Assembly (NCBI GenBank): GCA_963831855.1
Contig: CAWHSA010000006.1
Coordinates: forward strand, 225,843-289,842
DNA from: an uncultured Bacteroidales bacterium
Lineage (GTDB): Bacteria; Bacteroidota; Bacteroidia; Bacteroidales; VadinHA17
Length of the DNA stretch: 64,000 nucleotides
Direction of reading: 5' to 3'
In this document: positions 30,510-40,550 of the stretch, piece after piece
Layout: each line of letters begins with the position of its first letter
Numbering within the stretch: position 1 is the stretch's first letter
The notes under the pieces: generated by a model
The model's input: only the letters and a program-made list of their open reading frames with translations
Told to the model about the DNA's origin: nothing
The model's database searches: none
Program-made: the position numbers and the translations under genes

Positions 30510-33500
30510 CTAGAAGGTTACATTTGCACCAATAGTGTACGACTTCATCGAAGGATAGAACGTCCCATCAGTATTATATACAGAACTTTCCGGGTCCATA
30601 AATTTAAGGCCGCTGAATGTAAGTATATTCTGGCCTGCAACATAAACCCTGATGCTTTTGATCTTTATTTTCTGCATTACCGATTGCGGAAGAGTGTAGC
30701 CAAACTGGGCATTCTTAAGTCTCAGGTATGAAGCGTTCCTCTGCCAGAAATCACTTTGCTGTGTCATATTGGCAACCGGGCCGGCCAGCAGATCGGATAT
30801 TTGGAATTCTGATTATCCGGTGTCCAGCGGTTGTTATAATATTCATAATCGGCATTACTGTTGTTGTTAAAGAACGGGATATGTCATAAAGTTCTGAGTA
30901 TTATATGAGGTCATCGCTGATCCCTGGAAGAACAAACTGAGATCAAATCCTTTCCAGCTGACAGTTCCGGTCAATCCGAAAACCATCAACGGATAATTTT
31001 GAGGATAGCCGATAGAAGTCTGGTCATTACTGTCGATTTTGCCGTCAGGCACCCCGGCGGGCCGCTGAGATCAGCATATTTAATGTCGCCCGGGTGCAGC
31101 ACGCCCCACTGAGTAATATTGTAACCATCATTGGCAGCGTCGATTATACCATCACCGTTTTTGTCTTCAGCTGTTGTGAAGAAACCGAGAGATTTATAAC
31201 CAAAGACAGTCTGCCAGGCTCTTCCTGTTTGTCTCCGGTTAGGATTATCGTAGGTGGCTGCGGTTTCGAACATTTCAACCATCTTATTCCTGGCCAGGCT
31301 GATATTCCCGTTTACATTCAGCCTGAGACCGTTCCTGAATTCTTTCCTTGATCCCAGGGTTAGTTCAAAACCGTAGTTATCCATCTTACCTGCATTCTGT
31401 TGTGACAGTCCTAATCCATACTCATAAGGGACAGTAATGGACGGGCTTAACAGCATACCTGTTCTCTTCTCATAGAAGAAGTCTGCTTCAATGGTTAACT
31501 GGTCCTTCCACAAAGATGCATCAAAACCCACATCTGATTTCTGAGATATTTCCCAGGTGATGTTCGGGTTATTTTCTGTGGGGACATTATTCTGAACAGT
31601 TACAGAAGCTTGCTGAACCATGTTCCCGGTTCCGAAAGCATAACCGTTTCCTGAAAGCGTATAACCTTGTAAATACTGATATGCCGATCCTGCAAGATTA
31701 CCTGATTTACCCCACGATGCCCTTAACTTCAGGCTGGTGAGCCAGGTAAGACTATTCATAAAGCTCTCTTCCGAAATTCTCCATCCAGCCGAGAAGGCCG
31801 GGAAGAATCCCCATCTTTTCCCGGGTGCAAAGTAGTAGTGCCCGTCATAACGTCCTGATGCCTCAAGCATATACTTGCCGCCGTAGTCCCATGCGATCCT
31901 GTAGACGTACCCTATCTGGGCGTTTACAGATGATGACCCTCCGTTGTCGTAATCATTTTTGTTGGAACTCCCGAGGTTCAGTTCATCTATGGTTACGGCA
32001 AAATTATTTCTGCGTGCAAAAAGCCGGTCATAATTACCGTTCCTTGCATCAGCAACCACCAGGCCTGAAATATTGTGCTTGCCGAAAGTGTTTCTGTAAT
32101 TTATATAAGCCTGGTATGTATAAGTCCTCCATCTTTCATCTGTCTGAGTCAGGTATGTATATGCCGGAACGTTGCCTTCCTGCGTGGAAACCGACTGGGT
32201 AAAGGTACGTGGCTTGGCAGTAAGGTTGATAATATAGTAATAGAACGGTGTATGCCATCCTTTTCCATATTGCAGTCTTGAGTCATAACTGAAAACTCCT
32301 TTCACACTTAAACCTTTAATGAAAGGAAGCTGCTGTTCAATAGACATTGAAGTCAGGACAGTATTATTGTCGTTCAAATTGTATCCTTCACCATTGAGCA
32401 CTGCAACAGGCGAGTTACCTGCAAACTGGCCCCACAGGCCGTTTGAATAGTAGATTGGTTGTGTCGGTATGAACTTGTAACCGTTCCTGAAAAGCTGCTG
32501 AGCCGATGAAGCGACATCAAGGTCGTGCGTTTTTTCATACGCTCCTATAAAAGAGGCAGTTACCGTGGTAGTTTCGGTGACCTTTGTTTCAAGATTTAAA
32601 TTAAAGTTATACCTCTTATAATAAACCTTCTCGAACAAACCATCCTGCCCGAAGAATCCGACACCTGCAAAATATTTCAGCCTCTCCGTACCTCCGGTAA
32701 TCTGCAGATCGTACTTCTGGATCGGCTGGTTGAAATTGACCAGCTCTTTGGTATTGCTGTCCGGAAATTTGTCAGGATCCTTGGCAGTCGAGTCTGCATA
32801 ATGGGCAATTAAATTCGGATCAAAAGTTGGTGGAGAAGCTGGATTCTGGTTATGAACCGCTTCATTGCGAAGCTTCATGTAATCAACCGCATTCAGCAAA
32901 TTCGGATAATATGTAGGCGTCTGCACTCCGTAATATGTATTGAATGACAGGGTTGGCAGGCCTTCAGCTCCCGATTTTGTGGTTATAAGTATAACACCAT
33001 TTGCACCTCCCATTCCGTATGGAGCGACTGCAGAGGCATCTTTCAGTACGGAAACCGATTCAATTGTTGACGGGTCAATCTGGTTGAGGTTGTCCCTGAT
33101 CACACCGTTAACAACTATTAATGGCCCGTTTGAACCTGTTGTTGCGACGCCCCTGATATGGATGTCGGAGTTATCCGAACCGGGCTCTCCGCCCTGCTGT
33201 CTTGTAAGCACGCCGGCAATCTGACCGGCCATTGCGTTAGTGACATTGGGCACCGGGATTTTTGCGACGACATCTCCTTTTACAACGCTTACAGCTCCGG
33301 TAAGGGTTGTCCTTTTCTGAGTACCATAACCGACCACGACAACTTCATCGAGACTTTCGACCGTAGGAACCAGGGTGAAGTCGATGGTTGTCTTTCCGGC
33401 TAATGATACCTGCTGGGGATCATATCCGATGAATGATACAGTAATTAGGGCATTGGGATCAGGCACCTCAAGCGTAAATTTTCCGCTGATATCGGTAATG

Positions 33501-33805
33501 GTCCCGAGTGAAGTCCCTTCAACTTTTACCGTAGCCCCGGTAAGCGGTTCACCCCGCTCATTCAATACAGTTCCGGTTATCCTCCTTTGCTGCAGCTCTG
33601 CATTTGCATCATTTGTCGTGCTTACGTTGGTTACAGCGGCAATCAGACCGGAATTGTCCACAGAAATATCCTGTGCGTTTACCTTACTCTGGAAGGAACT
33701 AATTGCTCCAACCAGGACTAAGAGAATCAGAAATCTGTAAATTCCAATAAATTTTCCCGGACCAGACCTGAAGTCTGTCCGTAATAAGAGTTTAGTTTTT
33801 TTCAT
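30510..33805 (-). pseudogene. susC-like: SusC/RagA-family TonB-linked outer-membrane protein whose C-terminal ~100 codons are broken by three frameshifts
   Basis: The main ORF 30986..33805 carries ITGTVLNERGEPLTGATVKVEGT and LDEVVVVGYGTQKRTTLTGAVSVV (SusC signature). The rest of the barrel continues in other frames in ORFs 30867..31052 and 30510..30767, ending in the canonical SYLRLKNAQFGYTLP...TIGANVTF. The total span of 3296 nt is not a multiple of 3. Confidence 0.85.
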
Positions 33806-34219
33806 AATTTGGGTTTATGTTGGTAATTAAACCTGCAAAAAAAATCCTTTGTTTAAGTTGTTTTAAACATTAAAAAAAATGAAAGGAAATAGTTGAATAA
33901 GATAGGGTCAGTAATGTTTCATAGGCACAGGTCTTAAGGTTAGTATTTTATAACATCTATAATTTTATTAATTGATAATCATAGTATTAGAATTATTATT
34001 AATTAATTATAGAATTCGGAACCCAGGTTAATCGTAGTCCAAATTAACCAATTTTAACTTTACATGCAAATGTTTTTAAAAATTTACGTAATTATTGAAA
34101 AATTACGAAAGTCGTTAACCGAATTTTATAAGTTCGTGACGGATATTTGCTATCTCAAAACTGATGTACTTTAATGTGAACAGGGAAAGGATAAATCAGC
34201 CGTACCGGAGGCAGAAATT

Positions 34220-35284
34220 TTATTGTTTCCTGTGTTTAAATATACCTGCACCCATTTCATAACCGGGTGAACCGGGAATAACGTGCAGGTAATCGACCGG
34301 CAATGGTTCATCAACACCCAGGAGGAGTGGCTTATCGTCAGTATCAAATAATCTCAATGCAACTTCACCTTTTTTTGTAACGTTTTTCTCGCTAATCTCA
34401 AATTCACCGGGCTGCAAACGTACCGTGTCAGCTATCCCCTTATAATACTGATTATTTACAACAATACAGTTATTAACAGAATATGCTTCTGATGTATTGA
34501 AATAACTTTTAGACCACACGTATCTGCAATTTGAAACAATATTATTCTCAAATTTAAAGTCCTTATCAGGGGATGATGTCCAGACTGCCTGATTTGAACC
34601 AAAGATTATAGAATTCGTTATGCCATTGCCGGTTTTTATTCCATTTCCGGAATCCTGAAAGAAAACGACGGTATTTCTTACTTTATAAAAGACACAGTGA
34701 TCAATTTTAACTTCATCACCATGAGCAATGACCCCTGCCTGAATCTGAGAGGAATTTGTTTCTCCGACAAACATGCATTGATCGACCAGTAAATCTGTTT
34801 TTGTTTTGTTAAGTCTTGCTACCGGGAAATATCTGGCATTGGGATAAAAATATCCGTGAAATTTAATCCCTCTGATAATAACATGACTCTCATCAACCAG
34901 CAGACTGACCACCCAGTGAATACTTGCCGGGAATTCGCCTTTCATTGCCCTGCTCGTTATTATTGGCATTTTTTCAGGTGTCCAGGATGGATCATCCGGC
35001 AAAATACTTGCTTCAATTGCAATATGTTTTTCTGTCATCTCTTTTTCAGTCGTAATGAGAATGTGATGATCCAGGATATAAATTCCGGGATTTAATTTCA
35101 TGGTATAGATATTATTATCCCGGTTTCTAAGGATTTCAGCAGCTTTCTGGATTGAGAAAATCGGAGCTTCTTTTGTTCCCGGATTTTTATCATCTCCAAT
35201 ATTGCAGTCAACATATACTACCTGTGTACGAACAGTCATTTCGAAGAAAAAGGTTAAAAAAGTTAATAAAAAAATGGTTTTCAT
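34220..35284 (-). CDS. Secreted right-handed parallel beta-helix repeat protein
   Basis: 354-aa ORF with a signal peptide. The N-terminus (YVDCNIGDDKNPGTKEAPIFSIQKAAEIL) is typical of pectate-lyase-fold beta-helix proteins. Short N/G/V-rich turns recur. Confidence 0.55.
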   Translation of the reverse strand: MKTIFLLTFLTFFFEMTVRTQVVYVDCNIGDDKNPGTKEAPIFSIQKAAEILRNRDNNIYTMKLNPGIYILDHHILITTEKEMTEKHIAIEASILPDDPSWTPEKMPIITSRAMKGEFPASIHWVVSLLVDESHVIIRGIKFHGYFYPNARYFPVARLNKTKTDLLVDQCMFVGETNSSQIQAGVIAHGDEVKIDHCVFYKVRNTVVFFQDSGNGIKTGNGITNSIIFGSNQAVWTSSPDKDFKFENNIVSNCRYVWSKSYFNTSEAYSVNNCIVVNNQYYKGIADTVRLQPGEFEISEKNVTKKGEVALRLFDTDDKPLLLGVDEPLPVDYLHVIPGSPGYEMGAGIFKHRKQ

Positions 35285-35376
35285 AAAGTTATATAATTAG
35301 TTTTAATTGGATTAATTTGGGAACCAATCTGTCGAAAATTGAAGTTATCCTCCAAACTTTTTGTCGGGCATAATAT

Positions 35377-36219
35377 TTATTCCCGCTGGTCGGTAAAAAA
35401 AACTTTTTTCTCCATCTTTTTAATAAAGATAAATGGATTTGAAAATAGATCCGGCTTCTTTTTTAATGAGTCCAGCCAGCCAACCGCGACAGAATCAGGA
35501 AAATGCATGGCTATATTGATTTTTGCATTGATAAATTCTCTTGTAAAGTGTGCATTTTCAATTTTCCCAAAATCTTCATTGATCAATCCTATGTCAGGGT
35601 TCAGTTCACTGATTTTTATACCTGTATACTTATCAATCTGCAAAGGATCAGCATCACCTGAATGAAAAACCGATTTGCCGTTTATGGAAATAAGGAAGGC
35701 AATATTTTGCGTGTCTTTGTATTTCTCACCTGGATGTGCAAGTCTGCAAGCATGTATCTCGACATTTCCAATATGAATTAATTGTGAAGTATAAGCATCA
35801 GGAGTGCAACTGGTTATGCGAGCCTTAATTTTATTATAGATAGTCTCATTCTCCCGAAGGCTGTCAATTACCTGTTGCGGACAAATTAATTTAGCCGATG
35901 GATTATTCAACATACAAGTCAAAACCATTTCATCATCAAAATGGTCTTCATGCGTATGAGAAATTAAGATAAGGTTTATGTTATCAAACGGATATTGATT
36001 TGATACAAGAAGTCTTTGTGTACTTGTATCCGGCGTGGGATAACGGTTGTGTCCGAGCCTGAATAATCCGTCAATGATAATTTTCTGGTCATCTGTTTCC
36101 AGCAAAAATCCACAGTTTGCTATATAGGTAACCGATATGGTATCATTCCCATAAAGTATCCCGTTATTTATAAAAACAAATAAGAAAATTATTCGGATCA
36201 CTCTTTTTCCCAAAATCAT
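35377..36219 (-). CDS. MBL-fold metallo-hydrolase, secreted
   Basis: 280-aa ORF with the HxHxDH motif (SHTHEDHFD) and a later HSGDAD. It has an N-terminal signal. Confidence 0.8.
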   Translation of the reverse strand: MILGKRVIRIIFLFVFINNGILYGNDTISVTYIANCGFLLETDDQKIIIDGLFRLGHNRYPTPDTSTQRLLVSNQYPFDNINLILISHTHEDHFDDEMVLTCMLNNPSAKLICPQQVIDSLRENETIYNKIKARITSCTPDAYTSQLIHIGNVEIHACRLAHPGEKYKDTQNIAFLISINGKSVFHSGDADPLQIDKYTGIKISELNPDIGLINEDFGKIENAHFTREFINAKINIAMHFPDSVAVGWLDSLKKKPDLFSNPFIFIKKMEKKVFFTDQRE

Positions 36220-36387
36220 CAGAATTAGTTTTTGAGATCAATTTGAATAAATCTTACAATCTGGCCACATTTGGCCGGATTAATGAACCAGGTAAGAACT
36301 GTTTTTTAAAAAGAACTTTCTTGCGTTAACCGGCAGTTAAACAAAGATATCTTTTTTTCATTATTCCCATATAGTAATGTGGAAATA

Positions 36388-37563
36388 CTATGAATGAAGT
36401 TCGGTTTCAATTTCAACCAGAAGATCGCTGCGGCACATATCTGTTTGGACATAAATTGCAGGAATATTGCCAAAATGACTGGTGCAGATGGATTTTACCA
36501 CCGGTATGTCGCCGGCATTTTTAACATAAACTCTGATAAGCTCGTGTTTATCCGGGTTTTTAAAATTTGTTACCAGGCAATATCTCAGCAGATTTTCAGA
36601 ATTTGTCAATGTCTCAATGTTTTCAATTGTAACCGTGGTTTGTTTCCGGATATCTCCTATTCCAGCGGTTTCCTGTCCAACAATTGAGGCAGTTCCGGAA
36701 ACAAAAAGACGGGAATTGTCCTGACAAATCAAAAGTTTTGCGCGTTCGAATAACGGAAGTCGTTTTTGGTTTTGTCCCCGAAGATTAGAAGTTGTGAGTA
36801 CTTTCAGATCATAGTTATAAGGATTTATCTGTATGGGATTCTTGACAGATATAATCTCTTTTTCATTGTATGGAGCCACTGCACAAAAATCAATCATTAC
36901 TCCTTTAAATTTCATTCCGATTCCGGTTGCTGCAGGAAAACCCGTAACCGTGCGGTAACGATGGTAATAATTTTGGCGCACTTTATTAAATACATGGTAA
37001 TTCTGGTTGAACAAAAAATTATGTGGTCCGGGAAATAGTATCCTTCCAATATAATTCCATTGTCTTACAATGTTGTCAAATGTCATGGTTTCGGAAAGAA
37101 GGATATGACGCATGGTTTCAAAAGCTTTAACGGAAGCAGTATGAGTGCCTGTGTAAGGGCTAAGGCATTCTATACCACTGGCCCATAATTCTTTATATCC
37201 ATTTTGTCTAATCAGCGTATATCGCCAGTCCTTGTATTTCCGATATTCAATATTAAGACCTGAGGAGTTTAAAATGCCAATTTCAACTGCGACGTTTAAA
37301 GGTTTTTCAGGTGAAATGGATAGTATTCCAAATGTCGGACATTCTTCTCCAAAAGCATTTAGCAAAGTGTCAGTAATAAATCGTTTTCTGGTCTGAAAGT
37401 CCTCAGAATCAGCAGAATTCAGAAATATGGTTAACTTAAAAATCCGATTTCTGCTTTCCTTTGCCCGGATTACCAGCCGATCCAGACAGTTCTGCCAATC
37501 AGTTTTAAAATCTCCTTTAGAATCAGGTTGTAAAACAAAATACGAAGTGTCAGTTACCGGCAT
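36388..37563 (-). CDS. FkbO/Hyg5-family chorismatase-like protein (RidA-like fold)
   Basis: 391-aa ORF. The stretches VRQWNYIGRI...NQNYHVFNKVRQNYY and LFVSGTASIVGQETAGIGDIRKQTTVTIENI match my memory of conserved blocks of FkbO/Hyg5/XanB2 chorismatases. Confidence 0.55.
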   Translation of the reverse strand: MPVTDTSYFVLQPDSKGDFKTDWQNCLDRLVIRAKESRNRIFKLTIFLNSADSEDFQTRKRFITDTLLNAFGEECPTFGILSISPEKPLNVAVEIGILNSSGLNIEYRKYKDWRYTLIRQNGYKELWASGIECLSPYTGTHTASVKAFETMRHILLSETMTFDNIVRQWNYIGRILFPGPHNFLFNQNYHVFNKVRQNYYHRYRTVTGFPAATGIGMKFKGVMIDFCAVAPYNEKEIISVKNPIQINPYNYDLKVLTTSNLRGQNQKRLPLFERAKLLICQDNSRLFVSGTASIVGQETAGIGDIRKQTTVTIENIETLTNSENLLRYCLVTNFKNPDKHELIRVYVKNAGDIPVVKSICTSHFGNIPAIYVQTDMCRSDLLVEIETELHS

Positions 37564-37983
37564 AATAGTACCACATCAGAATTGGTGTTGTAAAAAAAAA
37601 CATTCTTACGGTTAAAAGTAGTTAAACAAATATATCTTTTTTAATTCAGTATTTCCATATTTTTCTGTCTGTCTCTTTTCTTTCTAAGCGATTCCCCCTT
37701 TAATTCAAACCGGTTAGTGTCATTAGCCATGCTGTCAGTGATTTTCGCATTTAATACTGCTTTTAATACGTTTTACAATGCGTTGTTAAACCCTGACAGT
37801 GCAACAGTGTATATCATCAACCTTCAGGAGCTTGACAAATTCCCTGTTATATCTTAACTTTGTTCCGATACGCGTAATGCTAAGAAAAACAGTACCGGTT
37901 CCGATAGCTATCGGCAGATAAAAACAGCGCACTTTATTGCGGGGCGGCTAATTTAAATTAACTTCAAAAGTAAAGATAAAATT

Positions 37984-38583
37984 ATGGATAGAAATAAATT
38001 CTGTAAAACTACATGTGGACTTGGGATTGGTTCATGTGTTGGATTTGGTTTATTATCAGATGGCATTTTATCTGCCACTGAGCACCAAATACAGGAAGCA
38101 ACTAAGAGTACGCCCGTTGTTCCTATAGATCAAAGACAAATTCAGAACGTATTGCGCTTTGTAGATTCTTCAATGGACGAATCAGTGAAAAGGCAGATAT
38201 TTGAGAGACTCGGGTCAGAACATACAACTAAAGATAGTTACATAAATTGGATAAATGGGTATAAGAAAGATATTAAGAGTTTTTTTGAGATGGTAAATAC
38301 CAATAAGGATACATATTGGGAAAAACTTGAATACAATCCTGATTTATCGGCAATAAAAGTTACCGGAAGGATTGTAGACAAATGTGCATGTCCGTATGCT
38401 CAATGTGAGAATCCGCCAAAATCACTTTGCAACTATTGTTGTAAAAATTATCAAAAAGAAATGTTTGAGATGTTACTTGAGAAGAAAGTCAATGTTCAGA
38501 TTGATGATTCATTTTTATTAGGGGGGAAAAGATGCAGTACTACAATATTTATAGATGGTAAATTACCTATAGAAAAGGTATAA
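37984..38583 (+). CDS. Hypothetical Cys-rich protein with a degenerate Tat-like N-terminus
   Basis: 199-aa ORF. The N-terminus MDRNKFCKTTCGLGIGSCVG resembles a twin-arginine signal that has lost one Arg. The C-terminal pattern KCACPYAQC...LCNYCCKNY...GGKRCSTTIFI is reminiscent of ATC-hydrolase-like (PF14196-type) Cys patterns. This is a weak assignment. Confidence 0.5.
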   Translation: MDRNKFCKTTCGLGIGSCVGFGLLSDGILSATEHQIQEATKSTPVVPIDQRQIQNVLRFVDSSMDESVKRQIFERLGSEHTTKDSYINWINGYKKDIKSFFEMVNTNKDTYWEKLEYNPDLSAIKVTGRIVDKCACPYAQCENPPKSLCNYCCKNYQKEMFEMLLEKKVNVQIDDSFLLGGKRCSTTIFIDGKLPIEKV

Positions 38584-38616
38584 TTAAAAGGATTGATCAG
38601 GATAATAAAAGCGAAA

Positions 38617-38847
38617 ATGAAAAAGTTAAAAGTGAAGGTAAACAGTGGACTAAAAAAATCTTCTGACGTCGGGAAGGCAGTAAAAAACATTAATGTCGGT
38701 GCTGGTAAATCCAAACCAAGTGAAGAGGAAATTCGCATTAAAGCGAGTGAAATCTATTACGAGCGTATGGCCCGTGGTGAACATGGGACTCCAGAAGGGG
38801 ACTGGCTTGAAGCAGAAGCAATTTTACTGGAATCAACCCGGGAATAA
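38617..38847 (+). CDS. DUF2934-like small protein
   Basis: The first ATG (MKKLKVKV) lies inside track ORF 38593..38847. The C-terminal stretch EEEIRIKASEIYYERMARGEHGTPEGDWLEAEAIL matches the DUF2934 pattern (I..rAy.i...rG...G...dW..AE). Confidence 0.6.
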   Translation: MKKLKVKVNSGLKKSSDVGKAVKNINVGAGKSKPSEEEIRIKASEIYYERMARGEHGTPEGDWLEAEAILLESTRE

Positions 38848-39145
38848 CTGTTTCTCCAGTTAAATAATAAAAATATCACCAGCAAGGTATTCTATTTTGA
38901 CTGGTGGCGGAAAACCTGTGCTCCTGACAACTTTCAGCCGGAATAAATTGACCAACCGAAGCCAAAGCTAAATCATTGAGATACAGATAGATATATTTTT
39001 TCAAACTAACCGGCAAAATATGGTTAATAAGCCCGGCTTTTGTATCTTATCAATTTACAATGAATTTCCTTTTTTTGATCAAAGACATTTTTCTCCCACT
39101 TTTTCTGAAAATATATTCAATATTATTTGGAAATAATTTAAAGAA

Positions 39146-39167
39146 TATATAAATTTGTATTTATATA
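39146..39167 (+). promoter_or_regulatory. Perfect 9-4-9 inverted repeat overlapping a TAnnTTTG -7 box. This is a candidate ArsR operator/promoter.
   Basis: tatataaat-ttgt-atttatata (39146-39154 / 39159-39167). TAAATTTG at 39150-39157 lies 24 nt upstream of the arsR-like ATG. The region is AT-rich, so a chance palindrome is possible. Confidence 0.4.
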
Positions 39168-39180
39168 AACATGTTTTTAT

Positions 39181-39528
39181 ATGGATGACCTTAAAAAGCT
39201 TCAGCTGATCTTTCAGACATTGTCTGACTATAACAGATTGGGAATGATAAGATTCATATGTGAAAAAGAAAGATCAGTCGGTGAAATTGTAAAAGAGACA
39301 AAACTATCGCAACCGCTTGTTTCACATCACCTGAGAGTCCTTAAAGAGAATGGTATTCTTGAAACCAAACGAAACGGGCCTTTCATATTTTATTTTATAA
39401 GAGATAAAAAAATCCTTGATGCCATTAATCTGGTTTTAGAAATCTTCAGGGATTCTGATATAAAAGACAACACCGGCTCCAAATTCTGTTCTGGCTGGAT
39501 AAGTGGTAATTACAATACTAAAAGATAG
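39181..39528 (+). CDS. ArsR/SmtB-family winged-helix transcriptional regulator
   Basis: 115-aa ORF. The stretch FQTLSDYNRLGMIRFICEKERSVGEIVKETKLSQPLVSHHLRVLKENGILETKRNG is the classic ArsR HTH (QPLVSHHL.VL). It lacks the canonical CVC metal site, having a single Cys in FICEKE. Confidence 0.85.
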   Translation: MDDLKKLQLIFQTLSDYNRLGMIRFICEKERSVGEIVKETKLSQPLVSHHLRVLKENGILETKRNGPFIFYFIRDKKILDAINLVLEIFRDSDIKDNTGSKFCSGWISGNYNTKR

Positions 39529-39540
39529 GAGGAAAAAACA

Positions 39541-40050
39541 ATGAGTATCAAAGAAAAGTTCATGAACGACATGATGGGAAATCAGTTTAAAAACATGACT
39601 TCCGAAGAAAAGAAACAAATGATGGAAACCATGATGGATAAGTTCTTTTCATCAATGTCCGAAGATGAAAAGAAAAACTTGATGTCAGGTATGATGGGCA
39701 AAATGATGGGTAATAACCCAATGATGGGCATGATGTCAATGATGATGGGTAAGAAAGGTAAAGATTCTGAAAAAGGAAGTGAAGGTGGGAAAATGCCCTG
39801 GGACATGTGTTGCGAAATGATGACCGGGATGAAGGAAACTGCAAATACAGCAAAATTTGCTACATCTGAGTTAAGAGGATTGTTTGATGAATGGTGCCAG
39901 CAGATTGAGAAAGAGTTACTGGATTTTATAAAAGAAAAGGGATCAATAAAAATACCTGAAATGGTCGAGAAATTTAGTCTTTCAGAGGAAAGCATCAAGT
40001 ATCTTTTAAGCAGGCTGGCTAATAAGAATTTGATAGATTACAAAATATAA
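39541..40050 (+). CDS. Methionine-rich protein with a C-terminal winged-helix-like (FeoC-like) domain
   Basis: 169-aa ORF starting 12 nt after the arsR-like stop. By my count it has 28 Met, 27 of them in the first ~96 residues (MMGKMMGNNPMMGMMSMMMGK), plus a CC pair (DMCCEMM). The C-terminus ELLDFIKEKGSIKIPEMVEKFSLSEESIKYLLSRLANKNLI looks like a small wHTH. Confidence 0.7.
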   Translation: MSIKEKFMNDMMGNQFKNMTSEEKKQMMETMMDKFFSSMSEDEKKNLMSGMMGKMMGNNPMMGMMSMMMGKKGKDSEKGSEGGKMPWDMCCEMMTGMKETANTAKFATSELRGLFDEWCQQIEKELLDFIKEKGSIKIPEMVEKFSLSEESIKYLLSRLANKNLIDYKI

Positions 40051-40079
40051 CGGGAGTTTAATTACTGATCCTGACGGTT

Positions 40080-40406
40080 ATGAGTAAAGTAAAAATTAAA
40101 CCTTTTAATGTTATCGATCATACTGATCTGCCTGAAATGACAGTTGATCGGCTTCCTGTTGAGGGAGATCCCCTTGAGATTGACAGGGAAATGTACTATA
40201 TCTGTGAAACTAAAAGCAAGGAAAAAGATGGTCCTCAGGAGATTGGGGTGATACCTCTGGTCGTTAAAAATCCGACTAAGGTTAAAAATATTAAGAATTA
40301 TGTCGACTGTTTATCAATTGCTCACAGAAGGATACAATTCAGGAAGAATAATAATATCTGTGATTTCAATGATTGTGACGAAATGATAATAAAAAAACCC
40401 CTTTAA
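40080..40406 (+). CDS. Hypothetical small protein
   Basis: 108-aa ORF co-directional with the arsR-like operon and followed directly by a terminator hairpin. I recognise no motif. Confidence 0.5.
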   Translation: MSKVKIKPFNVIDHTDLPEMTVDRLPVEGDPLEIDREMYYICETKSKEKDGPQEIGVIPLVVKNPTKVKNIKNYVDCLSIAHRRIQFRKNNNICDFNDCDEMIIKKPL

Positions 40407-40423
40407 AAATAAGGGGCTTTTTA
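40398..40423. terminator. Bidirectional intrinsic terminator
   Basis: The stem is cccctt / aagggg (40398-40403 / 40411-40416) with loop taaaaat. It is followed by cttttta on the plus strand and by a T7 run on the minus strand (complement of 40391-40397). It sits between the end of the 40080..40406 ORF and the 3' end of tRNA-Cys. Confidence 0.6.
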
Positions 40424-40431
40424 TGGGGTTG

Positions 40432-40502
40432 AGGTCGGTGGCGGATTCGAACCGCCGTAAACGGTTTTGCAGACCGCTACCTAGCCACTCGGTTAACCGA
40501 CC
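40432..40502 (-). tRNA. tRNA-Cys (anticodon GCA)
   Basis: The manual fold of the minus strand is GGTCGGT-TA-ACCGAGTGGCTAGGTA-GCGGT CTGCAAA ACCGT-TTAC-GGCGG TTCGAAT CCGCC-ACCGACC-T. It has a 7-bp acceptor stem, a T loop TTCGAAT and an anticodon loop CT-GCA-AA. It is 71 nt long and CCA is not encoded. Confidence 0.9.
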
Positions 40503-40550
40503 ATAATTTTTTATTAAAAGAACTCAAAAAATCTCCTTCACATTTTTTCG

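Noticed and set aside
34220-40502. Genomic island integrated at tRNA-Cys
   Set aside because: There is no integrase, excisionase, mobilisation gene, or direct repeat of the tRNA 3' end to the left of the tRNA. The tRNA-like copy lies on the 5' side and includes the tRNA 5' end, which is the wrong geometry for an att site.
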